In this document: in pieces, positions 18,282-28,812 of the stretch
Numbering within the stretch: position 1 is the stretch's first letter
Layout of the letters: the number at the start of each line of letters is the position of its first letter
Origin: Nitrosopumilus sp.
GTDB taxonomy: Archaea; Thermoproteota; Nitrososphaeria; Nitrososphaerales; Nitrosopumilaceae
Reading direction: 5' to 3'
NCBI GenBank assembly: GCA_965206745.1
Contig: OZ242220.1
Coordinates: forward strand, 896,001 to 960,000
Length of the DNA: 64,000 nt
The notes under the pieces: model-generated
Seen by the model: only the letters and a program-made list of their open reading frames with translations
Told to the model about the DNA's origin: nothing
The model's database searches: none
Translations under genes and position numbers: made by a program

Positions 18282-19388
18282 TCACGTGATGATCTCATCT
18301 AGCCTGTCTTCATCTATGGCCTGCCTAATCTCCATGGCAATTCTCCGTCCCACCCCGAATGTCTGTCCGTACTGATACTTTGTGTACGGACTAGTAGTCG
18401 CAACAATTGGGTTTCCTGGGACCCTCAGTGAGACGTCATACACTATCAACTCTAGGTCTTTTGTAATGACGCTCTGCAGTGAGAATGGCCCTATGATGCC
18501 TGGTGCATACTCTCTCTTTGCAGCTGCAACAAACTTGTCTCCCATCTTCAGTACCTTCTCAAGCAGTGACTCCCTGATGCTTGCAGGCGTGTGACCCACC
18601 TCGATATTCTGCAAGTCGATATCCATCTCCATCTGCTCTCTTGCCGGAAGCGCATTATAATCATGGATGTTAGTCTGCAGCCTTCTCTCAATTCCGATAA
18701 AATCAACCTGGTTTGAGATTGGCGTGTGAAAGAAATTAAAGTTCATGTATGTGCCAATTGCCAACTCTTCGATGCTTGCCTTTTGGAGATCTTTTCTTGC
18801 AATTATCCCCTGCTTGATCTTCTCCTCGGATTTTTTCACATAGTCCTTGTACGATGAGACCGTAAAGAATGCCCTCTCAAGCGGTCTCTTTTTTTCCTGA
18901 ACTTTGACGATGCATGGCTTGTTGATCCGCTTGGGGTCTTGGAATAACTTTGGATACTTTATTCTGGCCTTCTCCAGCAGATAGTACTGCCCCTTTTTGG
19001 CGGTCCTCTCCTCTGCTTGGAACAGCCTTCTGTTTCCAAAGATTGGCACCTTAAAGGAGTCCTCAATAGTCTTGTATCCGAGGTATACTGTAAGTGACCT
19101 GTGCGGAACTATGATTGTGCTTGTGTCCCGCAGCTCCTTTTGATATCTGGCAGATGCCATCTCCTTGAATTTGTTCAGAACCGTAATCTCATCTGCAATG
19201 CGCCCAAACCTCTGGTATGGTCCCTCGCGTCCCCTTTGGCAAAAGACTCTCGTCTGAAAACCCTCATCCTTTGCACCGTCCATTATCTCTAGTGCAGAGT
19301 GACTTCCAAGAACGCCAATCTTTACATCGGTGTAATTGCTGACTATCTTCTTAATCTCGGAATCTTTAATCACGGTATGCCTATACAT
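18282..19388 (-). CDS. purP: PurP-family ATP-grasp enzyme (AICAR formyltransferase / formate-PRAICAR ligase); true start probably about 19373
   Basis: IGVLGSHSALEIMDGAKDEG, VGHTPASIRESLL and IIGPFSLQ motifs. Confidence 0.85.
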   Translation of the reverse strand: MYRHTVIKDSEIKKIVSNYTDVKIGVLGSHSALEIMDGAKDEGFQTRVFCQRGREGPYQRFGRIADEITVLNKFKEMASARYQKELRDTSTIIVPHRSLTVYLGYKTIEDSFKVPIFGNRRLFQAEERTAKKGQYYLLEKARIKYPKLFQDPKRINKPCIVKVQEKKRPLERAFFTVSSYKDYVKKSEEKIKQGIIARKDLQKASIEELAIGTYMNFNFFHTPISNQVDFIGIERRLQTNIHDYNALPAREQMEMDIDLQNIEVGHTPASIRESLLEKVLKMGDKFVAAAKREYAPGIIGPFSLQSVITKDLELIVYDVSLRVPGNPIVATTSPYTKYQYGQTFGVGRRIAMEIRQAIDEDRLDEIIT

Positions 19389-19468
19389 TGGGATCTAATA
19401 TAGCTAATTTTTGATTGTCAAGATCGGCTGATCAATAGACTTTTTTTAACTGGAATCTGACACGAGTC

Positions 19469-19615
19469 ATGTTTTATCACTTTGAGATTCAGATGGTTGG
19501 GGTAATCATTCTCCCTGTAATGCTTGCAGTAGGGCTACTCGTGTGGTTTAGGCGGAGAAGGGCAGATAAGGAACTCTCTGATGCCCAAAATGATGGCGAT
19601 TCCCTGAACATCTAG
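19469..19615 (+). CDS. Unannotated 48-aa single-TM protein
   Basis: MFYHFEIQMVGVIILPVMLAVGLLVWFRRRRADK...: a TM helix followed by RRRR. Confidence 0.45.
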   Translation: MFYHFEIQMVGVIILPVMLAVGLLVWFRRRRADKELSDAQNDGDSLNI

Positions 19616-19672
19616 TGTTCCCTTTGAATCTCCATCTAATACATAAAATACTGTGTTCCCCAATGATAATCG

Positions 19673-20230
19673 TTGAAGCTAGTAATTGGAATTACCGGCA
19701 GTACCGGTGCAATATATGGCATCAGGCTGCTTGAGACACTAAAGAGATTAGACGTTGAGACGCACCTGATAGTCTCCAAATGGGGGGAAAAGTGCATCTC
19801 TATGGAGACTGGCCTTACCTTTGATTATGTAAAGTCGCTTGCAACAAACATCTCTGATGAAAAAAATATGGCATCAAGTGTCTCTAGTGGCACCCATAGA
19901 ATCGACGGAATGATTGTGGCACCTTGCAGCATGAAGACACTGTCTGCAATCGCAAACGGCTATGATGACACACTGGTAGCCCGGGCAGCCGGAGTCACAA
20001 TCAAGGAATCCCGAAAACTGATTCTAATGGTCAGGGAGACTCCCCTGTCTGCAATACATCTGGAGAACATGCTAAAACTTGCCAGACTGGGCATTGTAAT
20101 TTTACCGCCCGTTACAGAATTTTATACCAAGCCTGAATCCATCGACGATATAATAAATCACGGCGTTGGGAAATGTCTGGACCAGTTTGGTCTAGAGCAC
20201 GACTTATACCCTCGATGGGGTACCCTCTAA
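19673..20230 (+). CDS. ubiX: Flavin prenyltransferase UbiX
   Basis: GITGSTGAIYG, APCSMKTLSAIANG and VRETPLS motifs. Confidence 0.95.
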   Translation: MKLVIGITGSTGAIYGIRLLETLKRLDVETHLIVSKWGEKCISMETGLTFDYVKSLATNISDEKNMASSVSSGTHRIDGMIVAPCSMKTLSAIANGYDDTLVARAAGVTIKESRKLILMVRETPLSAIHLENMLKLARLGIVILPPVTEFYTKPESIDDIINHGVGKCLDQFGLEHDLYPRWGTL

Positions 20231-20237
20231 ATTACCA

Positions 20238-20666
20238 TTGCCTAAATTCTCCCTAGAAAAAACTGTCAACTGTGATAGGAACCGTACCTTTGAGATCTTT
20301 TCAAATTTTGAGGACTATCAAAGAGTGGTCCCCCAGCACTATCCTTCTGTCCGCATTCGCTCAATGCGCGGAGACGTGTCTGTAGTTGAGGAGCACCTGG
20401 TTTTAGGCAGTATGGAACTATTAATCATGGCAAAGCATGTTTTGCAGAAACCAATTCTCCATGAGATTTTTGTAATTGGCGGTGATGCAAAGGGAAGCCA
20501 AATCAAGCAGGAGTTTGTCGAGCTTGAGGAGGGAACAAAAATTCTAGTGGATGTTGACTTGAAATTCAGCGGCAGAATGAGAATGTCTGCAATGCTTGGA
20601 GGAAATAATTTCAAGCAGGACTATAGTAAAATTTTGGATGATTTTGCGGTACTTGCTGCAACCTAG
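20238..20666 (+). CDS. SRPBCC/polyketide cyclase family protein
   Basis: START-like pattern (FEIFSNFEDYQRVVP). TTG start. Confidence 0.7.
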   Translation: MPKFSLEKTVNCDRNRTFEIFSNFEDYQRVVPQHYPSVRIRSMRGDVSVVEEHLVLGSMELLIMAKHVLQKPILHEIFVIGGDAKGSQIKQEFVELEEGTKILVDVDLKFSGRMRMSAMLGGNNFKQDYSKILDDFAVLAAT

Positions 20667-20845
20667 TCTGATTTTGATTCCTTTTCCTTGAAATCCTTGA
20701 GTTCCTTGTCTGCCTCTATCTTTCCCTTTTCAAACTCACCTTTGGCCTTGCCAAACGTCTTTGCCAGCTCTGGAATCTTTTTTGCGCCAAAAATCAGTAC
20801 GCCGATAACTACCACCAATACGATGATCTCAGTACTTCCCAACAT
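20663..20845 (-). CDS. tatA: Twin-arginine translocase TatA
   Basis: MLGSTEII...LIFGAKKIPELAKTFGKAKGEF. Confidence 0.92.
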   Translation of the reverse strand: MLGSTEIIVLVVVIGVLIFGAKKIPELAKTFGKAKGEFEKGKIEADKELKDFKEKESKSD

Positions 20846-20870
20846 TACAAAATATTCGTCTATTTCAGAT

Positions 20871-21662
20871 TTAAGTGTTAGACTTTTTTCGGGCTCGACG
20901 CTCAATTATGAGCATGCCTGCGGCGTACAGTCCGATCATTGGACCTGCGACAAACATCATTGTCACACCGGTCCCGTCAGGGGTTATGACTGCCCCAAAG
21001 ATCACTATGATCACTATGGCATATCTGATATTCTTTCTCCAAAATTCTGCATCCACCATGCCTGATGCAGACACTGCATACATTACAAGAGGAAGCTGAA
21101 ATGAGAAGCCAAACGCAAGCAGGAATTGCAACACAAATGTCACAAACTCCATCACGTTGAGAAATGTGATCAGTCCTGCGCCTTCGCCGTACTTGTAGAG
21201 AAACTCCAGCATGTACGGGATTACAAAGTTGTAGGAAAATACACAGCCTGCAACAAACAATCCTAGTGCAGGCAACGAGATGCTTCTGCTTACGTGGACT
21301 TCGTTCTCTTTTAATGCCGGCTTGATGAATCCTACAAACTCTTTGATTATTACCGGCATTGCTACGACGACTCCGACTAGTGCTGCAACATACATCTGGG
21401 CAAAAAATGCCTGTCCCGGAGCTGTCTGAATCAGTTGAACATCCTCTGGAACTAGATTGATTCTCATCTGATTTGTAATCTGCGCTGCCATGTTGTGTGT
21501 CGGTTCTGGTATTGGGTAATACAGAGTCACCTGACTGATTTGAAATGGCTCTGCATGAAACATTAGTAAAAATGCTGTAATCCCTACAATCACAATGACG
21601 ATTCTAACTAGGCGTCTTCTTAATTCTGCTAGATGTTCATTGATGCCATCCAATTCGGACAT
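20871..21662 (-). CDS. tatC: Twin-arginine translocase TatC
   Basis: HLAELRRRL, FQLPLV and ITPDG motifs. Confidence 0.95.
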   Translation of the reverse strand: MSELDGINEHLAELRRRLVRIVIVIVGITAFLLMFHAEPFQISQVTLYYPIPEPTHNMAAQITNQMRINLVPEDVQLIQTAPGQAFFAQMYVAALVGVVVAMPVIIKEFVGFIKPALKENEVHVSRSISLPALGLFVAGCVFSYNFVIPYMLEFLYKYGEGAGLITFLNVMEFVTFVLQFLLAFGFSFQLPLVMYAVSASGMVDAEFWRKNIRYAIVIIVIFGAVITPDGTGVTMMFVAGPMIGLYAAGMLIIERRARKKSNT

Positions 21663-21691
21663 TCGTTCTCTTGAATTTTAAACTATAATAA

Positions 21692-22159
21692 TTATGTTGG
21701 AATCGGCAACAACTTTGCTTCTGGTAGTCCTGCATCTTTTAACTGCTCAGCAGTGATTCCTTCAAATTCCAACGATATGGTGGCCTTGGCATTGAATCTG
21801 GCCTCCATCTCCTTTGCCAGCTTTGAGATGTCTGTGGCAGAATAGATCTCTTTGGACCCTTTTAGGAATATTCTGCCTCCCTTCTCCATCTCCTTGCCGT
21901 TGTATCTCTCTTGAAGGAATTTGGTAATTGCCGGCAGTTCCTTTCTCTCTATGTTGTTGTGAAAGTAGCAGATTCCCTTGACTGACTCATAGTCATATGC
22001 TGTCCCATTCCTGTACATGAAGACGCCGATAAAATGGGCCTCCTCTTCTGGCTCTCTCATACACTTGATCTCCCAGTTTAACAGATTCTTTTCATCATAT
22101 GAATATCCTGCCAACTCTTCTGATGATATCTTCCAGTATCTCATTCTGCCTTTTGCCAT
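21692..22159 (-). CDS. Hypothetical protein
   Basis: 155-aa ORF upstream of tatC. Confidence 0.65.
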   Translation of the reverse strand: MAKGRMRYWKISSEELAGYSYDEKNLLNWEIKCMREPEEEAHFIGVFMYRNGTAYDYESVKGICYFHNNIERKELPAITKFLQERYNGKEMEKGGRIFLKGSKEIYSATDISKLAKEMEARFNAKATISLEFEGITAEQLKDAGLPEAKLLPIPT

Positions 22160-22481
22160 GATATAGTATCGTTAATCATTCTGATATAAATCCCAATCTC
22201 TATGCGGACTGGTTTGCCTTGTGAAATCCCTGCATCCTCTCAGAAACCCCCCAGTATACTAGAAGACTGACGAATATCCAAAACCCTGATTCTCAATATG
22301 TGATAAAGTATGTTGGATATGCTAAAGAGAAAGTGAACAAAGTAACCGGATCTGGGGCTGGCGATATCTTAACAACACAAGTCCTCATCTCCGGATACCT
22401 AAGTTACATTTTAAAATAACTATAAAAGCACAAAATTCTTCGGAAGATAGATTAACCTCGATCCCATTTTTTAATCTGCAG

Positions 22482-22742
22482 ATGGGAATTTTTCAAGCAA
22501 GCGTAATCATTGAAAACAAGCCCGGGATCAGTGATCCTGAAGGTGAGACCATCCTAAATGACTTGGTCCTAAAGGGAACCCACAAAACGGTCTCAAAGAT
22601 CAAGACTGCAAAGATGCTAAAGTTTACAATTGAGGCAGAGGACAAAGAAGATGCCAAGACCCGAGTGCAAGAAATCTGCGATGAGTTGAGGATTTACAAT
22701 CCCATGGTAAGCATGGTCACAATAGATGCCCTTGAGGGTTAG
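22482..22742 (+). CDS. purS: FGAM synthase subunit PurS
   Basis: KPGISDPEGETI...NP motif, first gene of the pur cluster. Confidence 0.9.
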   Translation: MGIFQASVIIENKPGISDPEGETILNDLVLKGTHKTVSKIKTAKMLKFTIEAEDKEDAKTRVQEICDELRIYNPMVSMVTIDALEG

Positions 22743-22974
22743 TTTATTTCGAATCTGTACCCTGCTCACTGCCAGTCAAATGTGTACTTTGGAAATCCCA
22801 TGTATCCCTGCCACTTTGCTGAACTTTTGCCTTCTAGTCAGACATCTGACTAGGCCTCTTTTGGATTGCCTGCATGATTGTCCCTTGCCTGAGCCATGGC
22901 GATCAGGACAACCCCATCATACGAATCTGCTTTGACTAGACTCAAATTAAATATCTCTGAATCTTTGAGGAATT

Positions 22975-23655
22975 GTGAAAGTTGGAGTTGTAGTTTTTCC
23001 TGGCAGTAACTGTGATCGTGACATGTATCATGTACTCACTGACGTGTTTAATCTTGATGCCAAATACTATTGGCATGAAAAGGGACTGCCAGAGGACATT
23101 GATGCCGTAATACTTCCGGGAGGATTCTCTTATGGTGACAGATTAAGGGCAGGTGTAATTGCAGCCCATAGCCCTGTCATTAAAGACGTTCAAAAGATGG
23201 CCAAGAAAGGGACTCCTGTTTTAGGCGTCTGCAACGGGTTTCAAATTCTAGTCGAGTCAGGACTGCTTCCAGGCGTACTGCTCAAAAACGAGTCTCTTAA
23301 TTTTATGTGTGAATGGACCAGTCTGGTTGTGGAAAACAACAAGACCCCGTTTACAAATCAGTTCAAACTGGATCAAAGGATTCCAATCCCCATAGCCAAC
23401 GGCGAGGGCAGATACTATGTTGATGATCAAACTATGAAAGAACTAAAAAAAAGGAATCAGATCGTCTTCAGGTATGACGAGGTTGTAAACGGCTCATCAG
23501 AGAGAATTGCCGGAGTGTGCAATGAGGATGGAAACGTTGTCGGAATGATGCCACATCCTGAAAGGGCAGTCGAGTCAGACATTAACCCTATTGATAGCAG
23601 GCCGTCCTCTCTTATCTTTGAGTCTCTGATGGTTAAAATGGGTGTTGCCAAATGA
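22975..23655 (+). CDS. purQ: FGAM synthase glutaminase subunit PurQ
   Basis: FPGSNCDRD, PGGFSYGD, GVCNGFQ and MMPHPER motifs. Confidence 0.97.
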   Translation: MKVGVVVFPGSNCDRDMYHVLTDVFNLDAKYYWHEKGLPEDIDAVILPGGFSYGDRLRAGVIAAHSPVIKDVQKMAKKGTPVLGVCNGFQILVESGLLPGVLLKNESLNFMCEWTSLVVENNKTPFTNQFKLDQRIPIPIANGEGRYYVDDQTMKELKKRNQIVFRYDEVVNGSSERIAGVCNEDGNVVGMMPHPERAVESDINPIDSRPSSLIFESLMVKMGVAK

Positions 23656-25829
23656 GTTTGGAAGAGCAGGAACTAGCTGAGCTAAAGTCCAAAATCAGCA
23701 GAGAGCCGACATTCACAGAAATGCAAATTGTGGCCGCCGAATGGTCTGAGCACTGCTCTTACAAATCCTCAAAGAGACATCTGAAACTCCTGCCAATGGA
23801 TGGCCCTCTGGTGATCAACGAGAAGGGGTATGATTCTGGAGTTCTGGACGTCGGTGACGGGTATGTGGTTACTGCACACATTGAAAGTCACAACCATCCC
23901 TCTGCAGTGGAGCCATACGGTGGTGCTGCCACCGGTGTCGGCGGGGTGATTAGGGATATCTTGTCTGCTGGAACAAGGCCCATTGCAATCTTTGACGGTC
24001 TGAGATTTGGAAATGTTGAGCAAGACTTGCATGCAAGGTGGCTATTCAAAAACGCAGTTACTGGTATTGCCGACTATGGAAACTGCTTGGGCATACCGAC
24101 TGTGGGTGGGGAGGTAGAGTTTGATGAGTGCTATGAAAACTATGCCCTAGTTGATGTTGCCGCACTTGGTTTTGGCAAAAGGGAGAAGCTGATAAAAAAT
24201 CACGCAGAGACAGGCGATATTGTCGTACTAGTCGGCGGCTCCACAGGCCGGGACGGCATAGGTGGCTCCCAATTTGCCTCTGACTCTCTGGAATCTGAGG
24301 ACCGCTCTGCGATTCAAATTCCCGATCCCTTCATTGAAAAGTTAATCATAGAGGCCGTCTTGCAGGCAAGAAATGACGGCCTGATTCATGCCATGAAGGA
24401 TTTGGGTGGAGGCGGTCTGTCCTGTGCAATCTCTGAGACTGCAGATGCCTTGGATGTCGGAATAGAGATGGATGTTGAAAAGGTCCACACTAGGGAGTCT
24501 GATATGCATCCTGATGAAATCATGATATCTGAATCCCAAGAAAGAATGCTAATTGTTACCAGCAAAGAGAAACTAGAAAAACTTGAAGAAATATGCCAAA
24601 GATTCCGTATCGGCTGCTCTGCCATCGGCTCTGTGACCTCTGATAGTCAGATGCACATCACAAAGGGCAAGGAGACCGTTGCCAATCTATCCACTGATGT
24701 CGTAGCTAATGCCACGCTGCTTGATCTGCCATCTAGGGAGCCGTCCTACCTCAAAGGAATTGAGGATGAAAAGGAGTTTGCCCCCATTGCTGATTATTCA
24801 AAGACCCTGATGATCCTGCTTGCATCCCCGAACATTGCAAGCAAGATCTGGGTTTATGGGCAGTATGATCATGAGGTTGGAATTAGAACCGTGGTAAAGC
24901 CTGGCACTGATGCATCTGTTTTGCGATTGGATAATGGCAAGTACCTCTCTGCCAAAATTGACGGCAATCCAAAGCAGTGCTACATCAATCCCAGGGAGGG
25001 CGCAATCGGCTGCTTTGAGGAGGCTTGCAGAAACGTCGTGTGCACCGGAGCCACGCCCATCGGAATGCTTGATCACCTGCAATTTGGCAATCCAAAGGAT
25101 CCTGAAATATTTTGGACCTTCTTGGAATCCTTAAAGGGCCTTGCTGATTTTGCCAAATATTTTCAAATTCCATGCGTTGGGGGAAAGGTCAGCATGTACA
25201 ATGAGACTGCATCAGGTCCAATCAAGCCGACTCCCGTGATCGGAGTCATCGGACTAGTTGATCAAAAGCCCTCCGTGCCCCGAAAAATCTCACACGGCGA
25301 CTCTCTAATCATTATTGGCGACACCAAAGACGAGATGGGCGGCTCTGAATATTTTGAATATATTCACAAATTCGTTGGTGGACGATGCCCTGTCGTAAAC
25401 TTTGAGGACTCGAAAAAAAACATGACATCCGTGTTACAAATAATTGGAAACGGCTCTGTCAAATTAGTGCATGACTGCTCAAAGGGCGGGCTGGCAGTTG
25501 CAGTCTCTGAAATCTGCCTGACCAATCAGATTGGCTGCAAGGTTTCCCTAGATGGGCTTCCAGGCGAGAAACTGGACTGTGAGAGGGCCTTGTTCTCTGA
25601 GAGCCACTCTCGCTACCTGCTTGCATCTGATGAGGGGAACCTTCAAAGTATTGAGGACCTCTTGATAAAAAACGGGGTTCCCTTCAAACGAATCGGTCAG
25701 TTTGGAGGTGAAAAGATTCAGTTTGCAGATGGGGCAGAATCACTAGTCGAGCTTGATGTAGAGGACACGCGCAAGACCTGGCTCAACTCCCTTCCCAACC
25801 TGATTCTTGACGGCAAAAAGTCCATCTGA
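23652..25829 (+). CDS. purL: FGAM synthase subunit PurL
   Basis: WSEHCSYKSS, ESHNHPS, GAATGVGG and ISESQERM motifs. Confidence 0.97.
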   Translation: MSLEEQELAELKSKISREPTFTEMQIVAAEWSEHCSYKSSKRHLKLLPMDGPLVINEKGYDSGVLDVGDGYVVTAHIESHNHPSAVEPYGGAATGVGGVIRDILSAGTRPIAIFDGLRFGNVEQDLHARWLFKNAVTGIADYGNCLGIPTVGGEVEFDECYENYALVDVAALGFGKREKLIKNHAETGDIVVLVGGSTGRDGIGGSQFASDSLESEDRSAIQIPDPFIEKLIIEAVLQARNDGLIHAMKDLGGGGLSCAISETADALDVGIEMDVEKVHTRESDMHPDEIMISESQERMLIVTSKEKLEKLEEICQRFRIGCSAIGSVTSDSQMHITKGKETVANLSTDVVANATLLDLPSREPSYLKGIEDEKEFAPIADYSKTLMILLASPNIASKIWVYGQYDHEVGIRTVVKPGTDASVLRLDNGKYLSAKIDGNPKQCYINPREGAIGCFEEACRNVVCTGATPIGMLDHLQFGNPKDPEIFWTFLESLKGLADFAKYFQIPCVGGKVSMYNETASGPIKPTPVIGVIGLVDQKPSVPRKISHGDSLIIIGDTKDEMGGSEYFEYIHKFVGGRCPVVNFEDSKKNMTSVLQIIGNGSVKLVHDCSKGGLAVAVSEICLTNQIGCKVSLDGLPGEKLDCERALFSESHSRYLLASDEGNLQSIEDLLIKNGVPFKRIGQFGGEKIQFADGAESLVELDVEDTRKTWLNSLPNLILDGKKSI

Positions 25830-25983
25830 TGCAAATATTTTGATCGCAGAAGCTAATCAGCATTTTTATTATTCAAGGTTGAATTATCGATCAGGGTATG
25901 GAGTCGTCATTTGATTATTCAGTCAAGTCTTGCACTTTTTCTAGTCATTTAGCATTATACGCAGTGGCGGAGTCAGAATAGAG

Positions 25984-27426
25984 TTGCCCAAGGTAAAGGA
26001 GAACTGCGGCGTTGTTGGAATTTACAGCCTGTCTGGAACCAACGTGGTTCCAATGATATTTGATGCCCTGCGAGCATTACAGCACAGGGGGCAGGAAGCA
26101 TGGGGATTTGCAGTTCCAAACAAACCTCCGTTCAAAAAGGCGGGACTGGTCTCGCACCATTCAGCTGAATTTAAGAAGATTGCCCAAGAGTACGCATCGC
26201 CGTGTGCCATTGGGCATGTCAGATACTCCACGATGGGCACCAGCACGCTGGATAATGCGCAGCCCCTGAAGGTAAAGGATCTGTGCATTGCGCACAATGG
26301 GACAATTGCCAACGCGCAAGAACTCTCCAATCTGGTTGGAGGATGCTCCTTTACCCCCCAGAACGCAAGTGACACGCTTGTTGCAGCGCAAAGGCTTGTC
26401 TCATTAATATCTGAAAACGGTGAGATGGGCAAGGCACTATCCATTCTAAAAAACGAGATGGTTGGCTCTTACTGCTTTACGTTTATCTCCGATGATGACT
26501 CTGTCTATGCCGCACGTGATCCAAAGGGGTTCCGTCCGATGGTGCTCGGACACAAGAAATCTGATGACACGTACATCGTAACATCCGAATCAGCTGCCGT
26601 CACCGCAGTCGGTGCAACCCTTCAGAGAGACGTGGTTCCCGGCGAGTTGATCAAGATAAGCAAGAGTGGTCTTGAGACAGAATTGTTCTCAACTGACTCT
26701 TCCCGTGCGCACTGCTCTTTTGAGTTTACATACTTTGCACACCCTTCAAGCAACATGGAGGGGCACAACATCTACGTTTCAAGAAAAAAAATAGGACAGT
26801 TTATGGCAAAAAAGTTCCCAATACCCGATGCCGATCTGGTGATTCCTGTACCTGACTCTGCAAGGCCTGCAGCCCTGGGCTATGCCCAAGAACTCGGCGT
26901 ATCATTTGATGAGGGACTGCTAAAGGACAGATACAGCAAGAAGGGTCCGTTGCGGAGCTTCATCGAGCCGCATCAAAGCGACCGAGTCGAGATCAATCGC
27001 TGGATAATCCCAATCAGTGAGATAATCAAAGACAAGCACGTGGTAGTAATAGATGACAGCCTGGTGCGGGGTACTAGTTCCAAGGCCATCATCAAGGCTC
27101 TTCGTCGCGCAGGTGCCAAAAAAATCAGCATGCTAATCACATACCCACAAATCAACTATCCTTGCTATGCCGGAATTGATTTTCCATCTAGGGAGGAACT
27201 TGCAACATACACTGATGGAAAAACCATGAGCAGCGATGAGATCACTGAGATGGTAAGGCAGAGTATCGGTGTTGACTTTTTAGGGTATAATGACGCTGAG
27301 AACCTGGCTGATGCAGTTGGCCTTCCAAAGGACTCGATGTGTTTTACATGCTCCTCTGGAAACTATGAATCCCTGGGAATAAAGCCTGATTTTACCAAAC
27401 GCGAGCAGGTAAAGGCTGTAAATTAG
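25984..27426 (+). CDS. purF: Amidophosphoribosyltransferase
   Basis: ENCGVVG, LQHRGQE, GHVRYST and VIDDSLVRGT motifs. Confidence 0.97.
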   Translation: MPKVKENCGVVGIYSLSGTNVVPMIFDALRALQHRGQEAWGFAVPNKPPFKKAGLVSHHSAEFKKIAQEYASPCAIGHVRYSTMGTSTLDNAQPLKVKDLCIAHNGTIANAQELSNLVGGCSFTPQNASDTLVAAQRLVSLISENGEMGKALSILKNEMVGSYCFTFISDDDSVYAARDPKGFRPMVLGHKKSDDTYIVTSESAAVTAVGATLQRDVVPGELIKISKSGLETELFSTDSSRAHCSFEFTYFAHPSSNMEGHNIYVSRKKIGQFMAKKFPIPDADLVIPVPDSARPAALGYAQELGVSFDEGLLKDRYSKKGPLRSFIEPHQSDRVEINRWIIPISEIIKDKHVVVIDDSLVRGTSSKAIIKALRRAGAKKISMLITYPQINYPCYAGIDFPSREELATYTDGKTMSSDEITEMVRQSIGVDFLGYNDAENLADAVGLPKDSMCFTCSSGNYESLGIKPDFTKREQVKAVN

Positions 27427-27471
27427 ACTCAGCTCCTTTGAGCTTTAATTAAATATGGTCTGAAATGCTGA

Positions 27472-27756
27472 GTGTTTATGCAGGCTATGTGGAATGAGGT
27501 TGTAATTGCACAAAGTGATGATACCGTCGTGGTGGATGGCAACCATTACTTTCCATCTGATTCACTAAAGCAGCAGTACTTTAAGAAATCCCCCCTGACC
27601 AGCGTATGCGGGTGGAAGGGAAAGGCAAACTATTACTCTGTGGATGTAAATGGCAAAGTCAACAAGGACTGTGCATGGTACTATACCGAGCCCAACGATG
27701 CTGCCCTCAAAATTAAAGGAATGGTGGCATTTTGGAATGGCATTACAATCAGCTGA
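27472..27756 (+). CDS. DUF427 family protein
   Basis: AMWNEVVIAQSD...GNHYFP...CGWKGKANYY...AWYY. Confidence 0.88.
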   Translation: MFMQAMWNEVVIAQSDDTVVVDGNHYFPSDSLKQQYFKKSPLTSVCGWKGKANYYSVDVNGKVNKDCAWYYTEPNDAALKIKGMVAFWNGITIS

Positions 27757-27767
27757 TTTTGACACTG

Positions 27768-28622
27768 TTAAATCAAACACATGCCATGTTCATCTCGTAC
27801 AGCTTGATCAGGACACTTGGTTTGAGTATTTTCTATGTTGCTAGGTTCACTGGTACCTCCGTTTGTTATGACTTGAACAGAATACGAATATTCTGTATCT
27901 GGCTCTAGACCTGTTACTGCATATGACGTATCTGTAGTTGTATCTAGTATTGTGTCCGGTATGCCGTGTGGCGTATGAAATGAAATATCATAATCTGGCA
28001 GGATTCCTCCATTAAGGTTTGGCTGTGTCCATGAAAGCATCACCGAAGTGCTGTTCTCACTTGATATTTTCAAGTCATCAATGGGTTCAGAAGGGGTAGA
28101 AAATGTATTGGAGGACAATGGAATTACAAAAAACGATTCATGCACTTTATCCGTAATCGTATGATTGCCAATTTGTTTTGATGCAGTTAATGAAATTACA
28201 TATTGACCAATTTTGGAATTATCCTGGAAATAATATGTGTCCATAAAATATCCGTTACTGGAGGTATTTTCAGTAAAATTATGAATCAAAACATGTCCCT
28301 TTTTTATCTTGCCTGTGATTGTGGCATTGGTAATTTTCCCGTCATTGAAATAATAGTCCCCTCGTGTATTAATTTCAGGATCAAACAGATAGCCAGAAAC
28401 AACGAAATTATGCTTCCATTGCACAAAATGAGGTTTTTTAATTACGAGATCAATTTGGGGTTCCTTATCAACTGTAACTGTCTCTATGATTTTTGAGCGT
28501 TTATCTGGAGATGCGTTTCTGTTATCCCAATACGCCTCCAAAATTGCCTTGGATTCATCACTGAGAGCATGAACGGAGATTGGCACTAGCATCAATGCAA
28601 ACACCAGCAATAGTATCTTCAT
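27768..28622 (-). CDS. Secreted protein with C-terminal fibronectin type III domain
   Basis: Signal peptide and LSWTQP...YAVTGLEPDTEYSYSVQV FN3 signature. Confidence 0.8.
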   Translation of the reverse strand: MKILLLVFALMLVPISVHALSDESKAILEAYWDNRNASPDKRSKIIETVTVDKEPQIDLVIKKPHFVQWKHNFVVSGYLFDPEINTRGDYYFNDGKITNATITGKIKKGHVLIHNFTENTSSNGYFMDTYYFQDNSKIGQYVISLTASKQIGNHTITDKVHESFFVIPLSSNTFSTPSEPIDDLKISSENSTSVMLSWTQPNLNGGILPDYDISFHTPHGIPDTILDTTTDTSYAVTGLEPDTEYSYSVQVITNGGTSEPSNIENTQTKCPDQAVRDEHGMCLI

Positions 28623-28812
28623 AACGATTCAAACAAAAGAATCCATTTAACCTTTTATCAAGAAACTGAACGAGCCCAACCAAAAAACTAGGCATGCAAA
28701 TATTCTAAACAATATTGATTCGTGCCTAACCAAGATAATCTCATACGAATCCAGAGTCTGTCTCCAACGACTAGACGCATCAGAATAAAATATAGTAATT
28801 CTTTTAAGAAAT

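Noticed and set aside
22743-22974. Small hidden gene between purS and purQ
   Set aside because: The frames inspected give only short or non-protein-like peptides.
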